Assembly: GCA_964348395.1 (NCBI GenBank)
Contig: CAYGCK010000003.1
Coordinates: forward strand, 26,095 to 89,761
Direction: 5' to 3'
Origin: an uncultured Candidatus Saccharibacteria bacterium
GTDB taxonomy: Bacteria; Patescibacteriota; WWE3; 9FT-COMBO-53-11
DNA: 63,667 nt
A program made the translations under genes and the position numbers. Below the pieces are notes generated by a model. That model searched no databases. It worked only from the letters and a program-made list of their open reading frames with translations, and was not told the origin of the DNA. Positions 19,192 through 29,392 of this stretch are shown here, one piece after another; position 1 is the stretch's first letter, and each line of letters starts with the position of its first letter.

Positions 19192-19286
19192 TGTTCAATT
19201 TCCTTTCTGCAAAGACTGCTAGGCGCATAGCACGAGCGCGCCGTCCAATCCTTACAAATTTTTTTAACACTAGCTCTTACCTTCAT
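19188..19286 (-). CDS. rpmJ-derived upstream mini-ORF 2 (32 aa, degenerate L36 paralogue)
   Basis: My translation is [32 protein letters not shown]. The first 13 residues equal L36 apart from the last one, with several synonymous differences. Its TGA overlaps the rpmJ ATG (ATGA). Confidence 0.4.
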   Translation of the reverse strand: MKVRASVKKICKDWTARSCYAPSSLCRKEIEQ

Positions 19287-19287
19287 C

Positions 19288-19371
19288 TTATTTAAAAACT
19301 TTGCTAGCGAGCTCCGCCGAGCGTCCAATTTTTTTCACCGAAGCTCTAACTTTCGAGGACAGCACTTTCAT
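19288..19371 (-). CDS. rpmJ-derived upstream mini-ORF 1 (27 aa, degenerate L36 paralogue)
   Basis: My translation is [27 protein letters not shown]. It contains the KVRASVKKI block. It starts 2 nt after the infA stop, and its TAA lies 1 nt before the ATG of mini-ORF 2. Confidence 0.35.
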   Translation of the reverse strand: MKVLSSKVRASVKKIGRSAELASKVFK

Positions 19372-19373
19372 AA

Positions 19374-19616
19374 CTATTTATACCTATAAACAATTCGACC
19401 TCTACCGGAATCATACGGCGACATTTCCAATCTCACTCGATCCCCCGGAAGAACTTTGATGCGGTAGATCCGCATCTTACCTGATATGTGGGCAAGTACC
19501 TCCTTGCCACCGTCAAGCTCTACACGAAAAAGAGCGTTGGGTAAGGTTTCACGAACGGTTCCTTCTTTCTCTTGTTTTGCCTTCTTACTTTGCTCCAAAC
19601 CCTCTGTTTTTATCAT
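19374..19616 (-). CDS. infA: translation initiation factor IF-1
   Basis: S1-like fold with [60 protein letters not shown]. Confidence 0.93.
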   Translation of the reverse strand: MIKTEGLEQSKKAKQEKEGTVRETLPNALFRVELDGGKEVLAHISGKMRIYRIKVLPGDRVRLEMSPYDSGRGRIVYRYK

Positions 19617-19617
19617 A

Positions 19618-20376
19618 TCATTCCTGTTTGGTCAAGATTATAGGACCCTCGTTAGCAACGACAATTGTGTGCTCAAAAAGTCCGCTTAAAGACCCGTCCG
19701 TACTCGAGACGGTCCAACCATCCTCCTCAACCTTAAGCTCCCTCCCCCCCTGGGTATAAATCACTTCAACCGCCAGCGTCATCCCTTCCTTAAGAATGGG
19801 TCCGGGGTCCTTGATTACCAAGCAAGGAATCTGCGGCTCCTCGTGAAGCTCGCGTCCTATACCGTGACCGACGAGAGAGTCCACAGGAGTATAACCGTTG
19901 CCTTCTAAAACCTCCTGCATAGCAGCGGAAATATCCCTTACCCGGTTTCCTGCCTTCGCCTCCCCCATGGCTTGCACTAACGCTTGCTCTCCTGTTTTTA
20001 AAAACTTTAGCTTATCCCCCGAGGCGTGACTTTCGTCCCCGACGTAGATGGTCCAGGAGGAATCCGTATTAAAGCCTTTGTAGTAAACCCCTAAGTCAAC
20101 GCTTAAGATATCTCCTTCCTTAAGTTTTCTCCCCGAAGGGAGTCCGTGAACAATGCCTTCGTTTACGTTTAAGCACGTTGCAGAGTTGTAACCTGGAACC
20201 CTTTTGAAGGCTGGTTCCCCGCCCAAACGTCTTATCTGTACTTGAGCCATTTCCTCAAGCTCAAGGAGACTCGAGCCCGGCCGGGCCGCCTGCAACACTT
20301 TTTTTAAGACGGCTGAGGTCTTCCGACCTCCCTCTTGCATAATCTCAATTTCCTCTTTTGTCTTAAGAGTTATCAT
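19618..20376 (-). CDS. map: type I methionine aminopeptidase
   Basis: 252 aa with metal ligands in the expected context (D..D in [29 protein letters not shown]-like region). Confidence 0.92.
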   Translation of the reverse strand: MITLKTKEEIEIMQEGGRKTSAVLKKVLQAARPGSSLLELEEMAQVQIRRLGGEPAFKRVPGYNSATCLNVNEGIVHGLPSGRKLKEGDILSVDLGVYYKGFNTDSSWTIYVGDESHASGDKLKFLKTGEQALVQAMGEAKAGNRVRDISAAMQEVLEGNGYTPVDSLVGHGIGRELHEEPQIPCLVIKDPGPILKEGMTLAVEVIYTQGGRELKVEEDGWTVSSTDGSLSGLFEHTIVVANEGPIILTKQE

Positions 20377-20386
20377 CTTAACCAGA

Positions 20387-20923
20387 TTACTGCAGTTTGG
20401 ACATGATTTCCCGGTTTATGTCTTGAATTGAAGAGGAGGAAGCGTCGATCTCGATCAAAGCGCCCAAGCTACGGTAGAAAGCGATAATAGGTTTTATATT
20501 TTGGTTATAAAGATCGAACCTGCGCTGCATAAGCTCGGGTTTATCGTCCTCTCTTCCGCGACGCAACAGGCGCTCGGTGGCAGCCTGAACTCCAACCTGG
20601 AGATGGAAAACTTTGTTTAAGGCAAAAATCTGTGACATCGCCCGCGCCTCTCCAATAGTCCTTGGCATCCCGTCAAGGATAAAGCCTCGAGATGTATCTT
20701 CCGACATAAGCCTCTCCCTCAAAACGTCTAGGGTCATCTCATCGGGAACTAAGCCACCCTCTTCCAGGATCTTTTTGATTTCACTCGCCTTGGGTCCACC
20801 TTCCTCAACTACCCGCCGAAGCTCCTTGCCAAGAGAAAAGACGGGAACGCCAAGCGGCTTTGCAAGTAGATTAGCCTGGGTAGTTTTTCCACTTCCTGGC
20901 GCACCGATTATGGAAATTCTCAT
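20387..20923 (-). CDS. adk: adenylate kinase (short-lid form)
   Basis: MRISIIGAPGSGKTTQA (P-loop), GFILDGMPRT, 178 aa. Confidence 0.9.
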   Translation of the reverse strand: MRISIIGAPGSGKTTQANLLAKPLGVPVFSLGKELRRVVEEGGPKASEIKKILEEGGLVPDEMTLDVLRERLMSEDTSRGFILDGMPRTIGEARAMSQIFALNKVFHLQVGVQAATERLLRRGREDDKPELMQRRFDLYNQNIKPIIAFYRSLGALIEIDASSSSIQDINREIMSKLQ

Positions 20924-21195
20924 CGAAGACCGGGTATTTTAATGCCAGAGAGAAACATCTTGCGAAGGCGTTTATTTACCTTCTTCTTAAAGTCGCGATC
21001 CGCTTTATTCAAAGCTTTCTTGATATCCTCCATCTCCTCACCTGAAACGGTGATACTTTCAATCTCCTCGCCGCGGCGCACAATTTTTACATCCCCCACC
21101 TTCGCCTCAACGATGATATTCTCAAACTCCTTTTGCAGGCGCTTGGGATCGCTCAAAAGTTCCTCCATCATTTTTTTCTGCTGTTTCTCAAACAT
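20920..21195 (-). CDS. YbaB/EbfC-like nucleoid-associated protein
   Basis: 91 aa. An N-terminal KKMMEEL...LQKE helix, a central beta region (VEAKVGDVKIVRRGEEIESITV) and a C-terminal ...GIKIPGLR resemble YbaB (...MNMPGLF). Confidence 0.55.
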   Translation of the reverse strand: MFEKQQKKMMEELLSDPKRLQKEFENIIVEAKVGDVKIVRRGEEIESITVSGEEMEDIKKALNKADRDFKKKVNKRLRKMFLSGIKIPGLR

Positions 21196-21295
21196 TCTTA
21201 TCTAATTTACTACATATCTACCGTCTACTGTCTACCGCCCTTGGAGGTGCTGCATCATAAGGACGCGATCTTTAAATCGCTAGTTTATGACCTCG

Positions 21296-22558
21296 TCATA
21301 AATAGCCATCGTACTCTCGAACAGAGAGTTCCCCCTCAATCTGTCTTAACGTTTCAAGGACAACGGAAACTACAATCAAAACCCCAGTCCCCCCCAAGGT
21401 AAAGGCGGTTATCCCGGTCACGGCAGCCGCAACCGACGGCAGTATAGCCATTAAACCAAGGAAAATACCTCCAAAGAGGGTTATCCTTGACATAATCCTG
21501 TTCAAAAACTCCACAGTCGCCATACCCGGTCTGATCCCGGGAATAAAACCACCGCGCCTTTTCAGGTTTTCGGCTATATCCTCGGTATTAAAGACGACCG
21601 CTGTGTAGAAGAAGGTGAAAAGAAAAACAAGGGTGAAATACAAGCCGTTGTATAAGAAACCTGTCGGGTCAAAAAGCGCTATGACCTGAGACGATAGACG
21701 CGCCACGGCAGGGTTGTCAACCCCCGAAAGGTACCTTGCCACCGTTGGAGGAATAAGAACCAAAGAAATGGCGAATATGATAGGTATCACTCCGGCTTGG
21801 TTGATACGAAGCGGCAAAAACGATTGGACCGCAGATCTGGGTCCCCGAACCGAGTAGTTTATGGGAACCCTGCGAATAGCCTGGTTTATCACAACCACCC
21901 CGGCAAAGACCGTAATGAAAAGGACAAGAAACAACACCAAGTTTCCTAGTTCTCTACCCGTTGTGGCGGAGAAGGTTTGCGCCAAGGAAAGAGGGTAACC
22001 CGCGGCTATACCAACAAAAATAAGAAGGGAGATTCCGTTTCCCACTCCGCGCTCGGAAACGAGCTCGCCAATCCACATCAAAAGAATAGAACCGGTGGCA
22101 AGCGCTACAACCAAGGAAAGGAGAGTAAAAGGGTCGAGATTGAACACTACGCCCTGTTGGCGAAGAAGAAAGTAAAACCCGTATCCCTGAAAAAGCGCTA
22201 GAGGAAAGGTCAAGAAGCGCGTGTACTGGTTGATTTTGGCCTGCCCCCGCTCCCCTTCCTGGGCGAGCTCTTTAAGCGAGGGAAACCCAAAGGTCAAAAG
22301 TTGGAAGATTATAGCCGCGTTAATGTAAGGGGCTAACCCGAGAGAGACGACAGAAAAGTTCTCCATCGCACCTCCGGAAAAAACGCTCAAAAGCCCAAGG
22401 AGAGTGTTAGTAGAGAAAAGCTGCCTCAGGGCCACCCTGTCAACTCCGGGCAGCGGAAGGTGCGCGAGGAAACGGAAAATCAAGATCGCAAATAAAGTAA
22501 AAAGTATTTTCGAACGAAGCTCTTTGTGCGCCCAAACTCGCTTTAGTGTTTCAATCAC
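21296..22558 (-). CDS. secY: preprotein translocase subunit SecY
   Basis: 420 aa with 10 TM in the canonical position after rplO. GTG start overlapping the rplO stop. Confidence 0.95.
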   Translation of the reverse strand: MIETLKRVWAHKELRSKILFTLFAILIFRFLAHLPLPGVDRVALRQLFSTNTLLGLLSVFSGGAMENFSVVSLGLAPYINAAIIFQLLTFGFPSLKELAQEGERGQAKINQYTRFLTFPLALFQGYGFYFLLRQQGVVFNLDPFTLLSLVVALATGSILLMWIGELVSERGVGNGISLLIFVGIAAGYPLSLAQTFSATTGRELGNLVLFLVLFITVFAGVVVINQAIRRVPINYSVRGPRSAVQSFLPLRINQAGVIPIIFAISLVLIPPTVARYLSGVDNPAVARLSSQVIALFDPTGFLYNGLYFTLVFLFTFFYTAVVFNTEDIAENLKRRGGFIPGIRPGMATVEFLNRIMSRITLFGGIFLGLMAILPSVAAAVTGITAFTLGGTGVLIVVSVVLETLRQIEGELSVREYDGYL

Positions 22559-22773
22559 TTATCTTTCTTCTTCCTGGATTTAAATCCACCTTTTTTCGGC
22601 AGCCGTTTAACCAGGGGAAGCTGACCTCCCTCAAAAGTTGGCTTGACACTCCCCCGAGCCTTTTGTCCTTTAGACCCGCGGCCGACGGTGTGACCGCCGC
22701 GGCCCGAACCGTACCCGCGTCCTACGCGCTTCTTGGCTTTTTTTACAATTTTAGAAAGTTTATGAAGCTCCAT
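22555..22773 (-). CDS. rplO: 50S ribosomal protein L15, N-terminal half only (72 aa)
   Basis: [49 protein letters not shown] is the conserved L15 N-terminal extension. The ORF stops there, whereas typical L15 is about 145 aa. Confidence 0.85.
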   Translation of the reverse strand: MELHKLSKIVKKAKKRVGRGYGSGRGGHTVGRGSKGQKARGSVKPTFEGGQLPLVKRLPKKGGFKSRKKKDK

Positions 22774-23230
22774 TTTCCTCCCTTGCTAGCGTCTTTAGAG
22801 CTTTAACTACCGCCTTAGCGTTAGTCACCGGGTTGTCGGTTCCCAAAACCTTCGCCGATGCATCTTGATACCCAGCAAGTTCAAGTATACTTCTTATGAC
22901 TCCACCGGCTATGAGCCCAGCTCCTCGGGGGGCAGGCATCAAAAGAACCTTACCCGCCCCTTCCTTAATTCGGATTGTTCTCGGCAAGGTTGATTCTTTA
23001 ATAGGAATAGCAAAGACATTCTTTTTCGCCTTAACCTGCGCTTTGTCGATTGCGGAGCGAAGATTCGAAGCCTTACCGTATCCCAATCCCACGCGACCTG
23101 AACGGTTTCCGACGGCAACAAGAGCGGTAAAACCAATCTTGTCGCCCCCCTTAATCTTTTTGGCAACACGGTTAACCGCCAAAACCTGGTCCGTAAACTC
23201 TTCTTGAACCTTCTGTTTCTCCTCTGCCAT
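22760..23230 (-). CDS. rpsE: 30S ribosomal protein S5
   Basis: [39 protein letters not shown]...[11 protein letters not shown]. Confidence 0.95.
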   Translation of the reverse strand: MAEEKQKVQEEFTDQVLAVNRVAKKIKGGDKIGFTALVAVGNRSGRVGLGYGKASNLRSAIDKAQVKAKKNVFAIPIKESTLPRTIRIKEGAGKVLLMPAPRGAGLIAGGVIRSILELAGYQDASAKVLGTDNPVTNAKAVVKALKTLAREENGAS

Positions 23231-23231
23231 A

Positions 23232-23585
23232 TTAAAACTCCAAACCTCCTTCCCGAGCCCCTTCGGCGACTCGCTTTACCCTTCCATGGTAGGCGTAGCC
23301 ACCACGATCGAATACGACCTTTTTGATCTTCTTCTTAAGCGCCCGCTTTGCAAGCTCCCGCCCTACCTCAAATGCGCTTTCCGCTTTTGTCGCCTCACCA
23401 ATCCCAAGGTCCGAGGCGGAAACCAAAGTTTTTCCACGCTCGTCGTCCACGAGCTGGGCAAACATATGCTTCGACGAGCGAAAAACCGAAAGGCGGGGTT
23501 TTTTGGCGGTCCCAACGACCCGTCCCCGAACTCTCGCTCTTCTCTTGGCTCTTTGGTTTTTGTATTTTCTAACCTTTGCCGTCAT
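23232..23585 (-). CDS. rplR: 50S ribosomal protein L18
   Basis: [28 protein letters not shown]...[28 protein letters not shown]. Confidence 0.95.
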   Translation of the reverse strand: MTAKVRKYKNQRAKRRARVRGRVVGTAKKPRLSVFRSSKHMFAQLVDDERGKTLVSASDLGIGEATKAESAFEVGRELAKRALKKKIKKVVFDRGGYAYHGRVKRVAEGAREGGLEF

Positions 23586-24145
23586 TCTTGACCTCCTCCA
23601 ACCATGGCTTTTGCAGCTTTGCCAAGCTTGCGTCGGACAATCTCACCTTTGTACCTTATACCTTTTCCTTTGTAAGGTTCTGGCGGTTTAAGTGCCCTTA
23701 TATCGGCGGCGGCCTGTGAAACAAGCTGTTTATCAACTCCCAAAAGCCGGATTTTCGTCTCCCCCTCAACCTCGACCGTCACTCCCTCTGGAATCTTAAA
23801 CTCCACAGGATGAGAGTAACCGAGAGAAAATTTTAACCCGGAGGCGGTTTTTTGAACGCGATACCCCACCCCAATGAGCTCCAACTCCTTGGTGTACCCT
23901 TGGCTCACTCCCTCAATAGCGTTTCTAACCAAAGCATAGCCCAAGCCAAAAACGGCCTGAGGCGTACCTCTTTTCTTCTTGAAAGACGCCTCCTGGCCCG
24001 CAACAGACAGCTCTATACCCTTGGGGAGTGTGATCTCAAGTTTCCCTTTAGGCCCAGAAATACGAGCAACTTGGGGCTTGGAATCCCTCACCCCGACCTC
24101 GACAGTTACCTCATTTGGAATCGGTAATGGTTTCTTTCCAATCAT
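23582..24145 (-). CDS. rplF: 50S ribosomal protein L6
   Basis: 187 aa with the two-domain L6 pattern (GVGYRV...LGYSHPVEF...[14 protein letters not shown]). Confidence 0.95.
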   Translation of the reverse strand: MIGKKPLPIPNEVTVEVGVRDSKPQVARISGPKGKLEITLPKGIELSVAGQEASFKKKRGTPQAVFGLGYALVRNAIEGVSQGYTKELELIGVGYRVQKTASGLKFSLGYSHPVEFKIPEGVTVEVEGETKIRLLGVDKQLVSQAAADIRALKPPEPYKGKGIRYKGEIVRRKLGKAAKAMVGGGQE

Positions 24146-24148
24146 CTC

Positions 24149-24520
24149 TTACCAGACTTCTCCTACAACCTCGCCACCTAGTTTTCGCCGCTTCGCTTCG
24201 CTGTGGGTCATAACACCCTGAGGGGTGGAAACGATTCGCACGCCGGCGTTTGGATTTTCTATCCTCTTCCAAGAGGAGTACCAACGTTGTCCAGGTTTTG
24301 ACAATCTCCTAATATGTGAAACGACAGGATTTTTAAGTGCAAGGAATTGACGAACCGACCCCTTTTCCTTAAACTTCCTAATCTCACTGATATAACCTTC
24401 CTTCTTGAGGATTTTCGCAATGTCCTGCTTAAAGCGAGAATAGGGAACCACAACCTCCTGAGCTCCTGCCAAAGAAGCGTTTCTAATCCTTGTAAACATG
24501 TCGGCTACCGGATCGCTCAT
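24149..24520 (-). CDS. rpsH: 30S ribosomal protein S8
   Basis: MSDPVADMFTRIRNA.... I prefer the start at 24520 rather than 24550. Confidence 0.93.
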   Translation of the reverse strand: MSDPVADMFTRIRNASLAGAQEVVVPYSRFKQDIAKILKKEGYISEIRKFKEKGSVRQFLALKNPVVSHIRRLSKPGQRWYSSWKRIENPNAGVRIVSTPQGVMTHSEAKRRKLGGEVVGEVW

Positions 24521-24575
24521 TATTTTTGCTTCTCCTTTCCACAAAAACAAGATTCTTGAGTGGCGCGAAAGATTC

Positions 24576-24761
24576 TTACCATGATGCTTTCTTTACCCCC
24601 GGGAGTTCGCCGCGGGAGGCAAGCTCCCGAAAACAAATTCGACACATCCCGAATCTGCGAAGATAACCCTTTGAACGCCCGCAGATTGAGCAGCGGTTAT
24701 ATTCTTGAACCTCGAATTTCTTTTCCTTTTTGTGTCTTTCAATCCAACTTTTCTTAGGCAT
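24576..24761 (-). CDS. rpsZ: 30S ribosomal protein S14, type Z (zinc-binding, 61 aa)
   Basis: [25 protein letters not shown], with two CxxC pairs. Confidence 0.93.
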   Translation of the reverse strand: MPKKSWIERHKKEKKFEVQEYNRCSICGRSKGYLRRFGMCRICFRELASRGELPGVKKASW

Positions 24762-25296
24762 GTTCCTCCTTAAACGGCACCCCCAATTCCTTTAAAACCT
24801 GATAAGCCTTTTCGTCGTCCCCGGCATTGGTGACAATCGTCACCTCGAGACCCCGAATTTTTTCTACCTTATGGGGGTCAATCTCGGGAAATGCGGTGTG
24901 CTCCTTGATTCCAATAGTCAGGTTCCCGCTACCGTCAAAACTGCGTCTTGAGATCCCTTTGAAATCACGCGTTCGCGGAAGAACGATTTTGATCAACTTC
25001 TCAAGAAAGTCCCACATTTTACGGCTCCGCAACGTCGCCGAGATCCCGACTATGTCGCCGCTTCTAATACCAAAAGATGCGACCGCCCGTCTCGCAGGAC
25101 GAAAGGCAGGGGTCTGACCCAGAATCCTGGCTAGTTCCTCACGAGCCTTTTCAAGATCCCCTTTGTTTTCCCGAGAAGCCCCAACGCCCATGTTTACAAT
25201 AATCTTGGTAACCCGCGGCACTCCATACGGATTTCCCTTACCGATCTTATCTTTCAATTTTGGAACGACTTTTTCTTGGAATTCTTCTTTTAGCAT
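24754..25296 (-). CDS. rplE: 50S ribosomal protein L5
   Basis: 180 aa with VPRVTKIVVNMGVG...[20 protein letters not shown]. Confidence 0.95.
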   Translation of the reverse strand: MLKEEFQEKVVPKLKDKIGKGNPYGVPRVTKIIVNMGVGASRENKGDLEKAREELARILGQTPAFRPARRAVASFGIRSGDIVGISATLRSRKMWDFLEKLIKIVLPRTRDFKGISRRSFDGSGNLTIGIKEHTAFPEIDPHKVEKIRGLEVTIVTNAGDDEKAYQVLKELGVPFKEEHA

Positions 25297-25302
25297 CTCT
25301 TC

Positions 25303-25584
25303 TTACAACTTTGCACCGCAGTTTTTACATACTCTACCCTTTCCAATCCGCGTCGGTTTCTTGCATTTTGGGCACACCACAGAGACTTTGGAAATGTGAA
25401 GAGGAGCCTCAACTTCCACAAACCCTCCCGCTCTCTCTTGAGTTTTAGGCGTTGTCCTTTTAACAATGTTTAGACCCGAAACAACAACCTTCGCCTCTTT
25501 TGGGATAACTCGCAAGACCTCCCCCTCGCGTCCTCGGTCTTTACCCGAAAGAATTTTGACCTTATCACCCTTTTTAATCTTCAT
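25303..25584 (-). CDS. rplX: 50S ribosomal protein L24 with a C-terminal CxxC...CxxC zinc-ribbon-like tail
   Basis: MKIKKGDKVKILSGKDRGREGEVLRV (KOW motif). The C-terminus is VVCPKCKKPTRIGKGRVCKNCGAKL. Confidence 0.92.
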   Translation of the reverse strand: MKIKKGDKVKILSGKDRGREGEVLRVIPKEAKVVVSGLNIVKRTTPKTQERAGGFVEVEAPLHISKVSVVCPKCKKPTRIGKGRVCKNCGAKL

Positions 25585-25615
25585 CTTTGACTTGTTACTT
25601 GCAACTTGTTACTCG

Positions 25616-25984
25616 TCAATAAATCTCCTTCGCTAAAGAAACAATTCTCCTAAACCCCCTATCCTTCAGCTCGCGGGCGATAGGCCCGAAAACTCGACTG
25701 CCCTTAGGGTTACCCTGTTTGTCTATAACGACCGCGGCGTTGTCATCAAAGCGGATGTAGGTTCCATCGGGTCGTCCTACCTCTTTTCTAGTCCTGACCA
25801 CAACGGCACGTTCGACCGCGTGATCCTTAACCACACCGTTTGGATCAGCCCCACGAATAGAAACTGTTACAACGTCACCTAATTTGGCGACCCGACTCTT
25901 ACCTCTATGAGGGATCCCTATAACTCTTAGTTTTTTAGCTCCCGAATTGTCGGCCGCGACTAAAATTGACTCCTTTTGTATCAT
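25616..25984 (-). CDS. rplN: 50S ribosomal protein L14
   Basis: MIQKESILVAADNSGAKKLRVIGI...122 aa. Confidence 0.96.
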   Translation of the reverse strand: MIQKESILVAADNSGAKKLRVIGIPHRGKSRVAKLGDVVTVSIRGADPNGVVKDHAVERAVVVRTRKEVGRPDGTYIRFDDNAAVVIDKQGNPKGSRVFGPIARELKDRGFRRIVSLAKEIY

Positions 25985-26331
25985 TTCTTCTTCCGCCTCA
26001 CTTTCTTCTTGGTCTTGCTCCTCGTCATCTTTTTCCCCCGCTTCTCCTGTTTCTCATGTTTCTCATGTCTCTCTTGTTCAACCTGTTTTCCAACCGGCTT
26101 GCCCTCGACCTCGACCACCTCAAAGCGCTTTCTCTTGGATAAGGGGCGGCGCTCCTCGATAACGACCGATTGTCCCACCTCGGGCTCACCTTCAAGATGG
26201 GCGAGGTAACGCTTGGACACTTTCACCCTTTTTCTGTAGCGGGGGTGGTGGAAAACACGCTCCACCACAACAGTTGCTGTCTTGCTACCAGAGATCGATT
26301 CAATTTTTCCTTTTAATTTCTTTCTTGGCAT
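25981..26331 (-). CDS. rpsQ: 30S ribosomal protein S17 with a Lys/His/Glu-rich C-terminal extension
   Basis: KTATVVVERVFHHPRYRKRVKVSKRYLAH. The tail is EQERHEKHEKQEKRGKKMTRSKTKKKVRRKKK. Confidence 0.9.
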   Translation of the reverse strand: MPRKKLKGKIESISGSKTATVVVERVFHHPRYRKRVKVSKRYLAHLEGEPEVGQSVVIEERRPLSKRKRFEVVEVEGKPVGKQVEQERHEKHEKQEKRGKKMTRSKTKKKVRRKKK

Positions 26332-26548
26332 TTTCTTCTGCAGCCTGCGCCTGCTCGAGTATCTCCTTCTCCTTCAGCACGGTTAAAACTCTTGCAATTT
26401 CCTTCTTTTTCTTTTCTAAAACCGATCCGTCGGGTAGGTTTTCCAGCGCGCGAGAGGAACGCAGACGCACGAGCTCCTCCCTCGCATCCTTAAGGGTTTT
26501 TATGAGTTCTTTTTTCTCTTTACCTCTTAACTCTTTCACTTCAACCAT
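26300..26548 (-). CDS. rpmC: 50S ribosomal protein L29
   Basis: VKELRGKEKKELIKTLKDAREELVRLR..., in the position between L16 and S17. Confidence 0.88.
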   Translation of the reverse strand: MVEVKELRGKEKKELIKTLKDAREELVRLRSSRALENLPDGSVLEKKKKEIARVLTVLKEKEILEQAQAAEENAKKEIKRKN

Positions 26549-26554
26549 CTCAAA

Positions 26555-26965
26555 CTACTCCTCCTTAATAATCTTCGTTTTCATAGGAAGTTTCGCTGCT
26601 GCAAGCTTAAGCGCCTCAACCGCCGTGGCCTCCGCAATCCCGGAGATTTCAAAAATTACTCGCCCCGGCTTAATGACCGCCGCGTAATGATCAACGGGAG
26701 ACTTGCCACCCCCCATCCTTGTCTCAGCAGGTTTTTTGGAAATCGGTTTATCTGGAAAGACCCTTATCCAAAGCTTCCCACCCCGTTCGCTATAGCGACG
26801 GATTGCCTTCCGCGCAGCCTCTATCTGACGCGAGGTTAAGTGTCCTGATTCAACCGCTTGAATACCGTACTCCCCGAAGGAGAGTTCGCTACCGCGCTGC
26901 GCCTTACCGCGGATTGTTCCCCTGAAACCTTTCCTAAATTTTGTTCTCTTTGGTAAAAGCATCAA
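26555..26965 (-). CDS. rplP: 50S ribosomal protein L16
   Basis: [15 protein letters not shown]...[25 protein letters not shown]. Confidence 0.96.
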   Translation of the reverse strand: MMLLPKRTKFRKGFRGTIRGKAQRGSELSFGEYGIQAVESGHLTSRQIEAARKAIRRYSERGGKLWIRVFPDKPISKKPAETRMGGGKSPVDHYAAVIKPGRVIFEISGIAEATAVEALKLAAAKLPMKTKIIKEE

Positions 26966-27597
26966 TCCGTCCTTCCTATTTCCCCTCTAAAGATCCAGAC
27001 TTTTACTCCCACCGTACCGTACCTCGTGTGTGAGGTGCTTCGTGCAAAATCGATATCCGCCCGCAACGTGGAGTGCGGGACGGAACCTTTTACAAAATAT
27101 TCACGCCGCGCAATCTCCGCCCCTCCGATTCGCCCAGAAAGCTCTATTTTAATACCCCCGGCGCCTTTCGCAATTACTTCATCGACTATCTCATTAGCTA
27201 TTGCGCGGTAGCGGCGCCCGCGACCCCGTAAAACCTGCGCAACCCTATCAGCCACAACCGCGGCAGAAAGCGCAGGCTCCTTGACCTCCTGGATATCAAG
27301 CTCAACCTGTCCACCGATAATATTGCCCAGATCGTCGCGCAAAATCTCCGCCCCACCGCCACCTCGCCCTATGACCAAACCCGGTTTTGAGACGGTAATG
27401 ATAACTTTAACCTTCCCACCCCTGCGCTCCACCTCGACGCTTTCCAAACCAGCGTGTTGAAGCTTGTTCCGCACAAAACGTCGGATCTTGGCGTCCTCCG
27501 CGGCAGTTTTTGCGTAATCTCGACCTGCAAACCAGCGAGATTTCCAAGGTAGAAAGCTACCAGTTCTTAAGGATCTAGGGTTAACTTTTCTTGGCAT
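26962..27597 (-). CDS. rpsC: 30S ribosomal protein S3
   Basis: KH domain and C-terminal domain ([30 protein letters not shown]). Confidence 0.96.
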   Translation of the reverse strand: MPRKVNPRSLRTGSFLPWKSRWFAGRDYAKTAAEDAKIRRFVRNKLQHAGLESVEVERRGGKVKVIITVSKPGLVIGRGGGGAEILRDDLGNIIGGQVELDIQEVKEPALSAAVVADRVAQVLRGRGRRYRAIANEIVDEVIAKGAGGIKIELSGRIGGAEIARREYFVKGSVPHSTLRADIDFARSTSHTRYGTVGVKVWIFRGEIGRTD

Positions 27598-28039
27598 TTT
27601 TTACCTCCTTTTTCTTTCGCTTTTCGCCTCCGGCCCCCGCCTTCCCACCTTTGACTCCCTCCTCCCTCGGACCCACGCCAATTGTGAGGTGGGTTGAGGG
27701 GGTTCGGATAATTCCCGCCGCGCCGCGTGGTTTGGGATCCAATCTCCTTCTAAAGGTAGGTCCTTTATCGGCTCTGGCGTCGGTGACCACCCAACTGTCT
27801 TTGTCGACCGCCGCTTTAGCGTTGGCTTGGGCGGAGCTTAGAACCTTAAGCGCAAGACGCCCACCCCGTTTTCCGCTAAACTTTAAGACAGTCTCCGCCT
27901 CGCCGATAGATTTTCCGCGAATGAGGTTCATTAAGTCCCGCATCTTTGAAGGGGAAATTTTAAGGTAACGCCCCTGTGCCTTAGCGATCGTTTCCATTTT
28001 CGGTTTTTCACTTCTAACCTTTAATTTTGAATTTTGCAT
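27581..28039 (-). CDS. rplV: 50S ribosomal protein L22 with a basic/Gly-rich C-terminal tail
   Basis: AKAQGRYLKISPSKMRDLMNLIRGKSIGEAETVLKF. An alternative start at 27997 (METIAKA) is possible. Confidence 0.9.
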   Translation of the reverse strand: MQNSKLKVRSEKPKMETIAKAQGRYLKISPSKMRDLMNLIRGKSIGEAETVLKFSGKRGGRLALKVLSSAQANAKAAVDKDSWVVTDARADKGPTFRRRLDPKPRGAAGIIRTPSTHLTIGVGPREEGVKGGKAGAGGEKRKKKEVKNAKKS

Positions 28040-28044
28040 TTTTC

Positions 28045-28338
28045 TTACACTCTTCCTTCAGAGGCAGAGACCCTCACTCCCTTGGCTCCGTGTTTTCTAA
28101 AGACCCTAGTGGGTGCAAGCTCTCCCAACCTATGCCCTACCATTGCCTCGGTAATTTTTACCGGTACGTGGGTTTTGCCATTGTGAACAGCGATTGTTAG
28201 ACCCACCATCTCGGGAGATATCTGGGAAGCTCGAGACCAGGTTTTAATAGGAGAAGTGTCGCCCGATTCCTTGGCGCGGTGTATCTTCTTTAGAAGTTTT
28301 GGGTCAATAAATGGTCCTTTCTTGCTGCTTCTTGCCAT
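28045..28338 (-). CDS. rpsS: 30S ribosomal protein S19
   Basis: [19 protein letters not shown]...[30 protein letters not shown]. Confidence 0.96.
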   Translation of the reverse strand: MARSSKKGPFIDPKLLKKIHRAKESGDTSPIKTWSRASQISPEMVGLTIAVHNGKTHVPVKITEAMVGHRLGELAPTRVFRKHGAKGVRVSASEGRV

Positions 28339-29090
28339 TACTTTTTCCTCCTATCCTTAACAATATATCGGTCCGTATGTTTTCTTCTTCTGGTTTTTTT
28401 CCCGAGAGTCTTTTTACCCCACGGGGACTTTGGTGAGGGCATCCCAATACCGCTTTTTCCTTCTCCACCGCCGTGAGGGTGAGCACCCGGGTGTTGAGCG
28501 ACACCTCGAACGGTTGGTCTTACCCCCATGTGTCTTTTAACGCCTGCCTTGCCAAGTTTCCTAAGCTTGTGATCGGCTCCCGCCAATGCCCCCACGCTAG
28601 CCCAATTCTCCTCTCTAACTTTTCGCACCTCACCAGAGGGCATCTTGAGATGGGCGTATCCGCCCTCGTGCGCCGTAACCGTCGCAGAACTCCCGGCGGA
28701 GCGAACCATCTGTCCGCCACGCTCTGCCGTAAGCTCCACGTTGTGAACCTGCGTACCAACAGGAATATTTTTGAGAGGGGTAGCGTTACCCGGCTTGATA
28801 GGTACGGCCTCTCCGGCTATGACATCCTGCCCCGCTTTCAAACCCTCAGGTCGAAGAATAAAACGGCGCTCCCCGTCCTTGTAAAGGAGAAGTGCTAGAT
28901 CCGCCGAGCGGTTAGGATCATACTCAAAGGCTTCAACGCGCGCCGGGATGTTACGCTTATCGCGCTTAAAGTCCACATCCCTATAAATGCGTTTAGCACC
29001 GCCCCCTTTATGTCGAGTTGTGATACGGCCGCGGCTTCTGCCGACGTGCCGCTTTCTTCCCTTTTTGAGTCTTTTCGTTGCGTTTGTCAT
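28338..29090 (-). CDS. rplB: 50S ribosomal protein L2
   Basis: [18 protein letters not shown]...[11 protein letters not shown]...GGEGKSGIG. Confidence 0.96.
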   Translation of the reverse strand: MTNATKRLKKGRKRHVGRSRGRITTRHKGGGAKRIYRDVDFKRDKRNIPARVEAFEYDPNRSADLALLLYKDGERRFILRPEGLKAGQDVIAGEAVPIKPGNATPLKNIPVGTQVHNVELTAERGGQMVRSAGSSATVTAHEGGYAHLKMPSGEVRKVREENWASVGALAGADHKLRKLGKAGVKRHMGVRPTVRGVAQHPGAHPHGGGEGKSGIGMPSPKSPWGKKTLGKKTRRRKHTDRYIVKDRRKK

Positions 29091-29092
29091 CT

Positions 29093-29392
29093 TTACTTCT
29101 TCTCGAAAATATCAATCTTCCCTTTCGACAGGGTAACTATAGCGCGCTTGGTGTCCTGCCTCTTACCCTCAACCGCCCTTGCTCCGCGGCGTCTCAAACG
29201 CACGGTCTTACCCCTAAGTTTTGTGATTGCGACTTTGTCAACCTCTACATTTTTGTAAAGCGCTTCAATCGCCCGCGCCACATCCTGCTTTGTCGCCGCG
29301 GGGTCGACTTGGAAAACATATTTATCCGCTGAGGCCAACTCGTGGCTTTTTTCGGTTATCACCGGTTTTTTTATCACCTGGTAAATGTTCAT
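29093..29392 (-). CDS. rplW: 50S ribosomal protein L23
   Basis: [13 protein letters not shown]...[23 protein letters not shown]. Confidence 0.93.
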   Translation of the reverse strand: MNIYQVIKKPVITEKSHELASADKYVFQVDPAATKQDVARAIEALYKNVEVDKVAITKLRGKTVRLRRRGARAVEGKRQDTKRAIVTLSKGKIDIFEKK

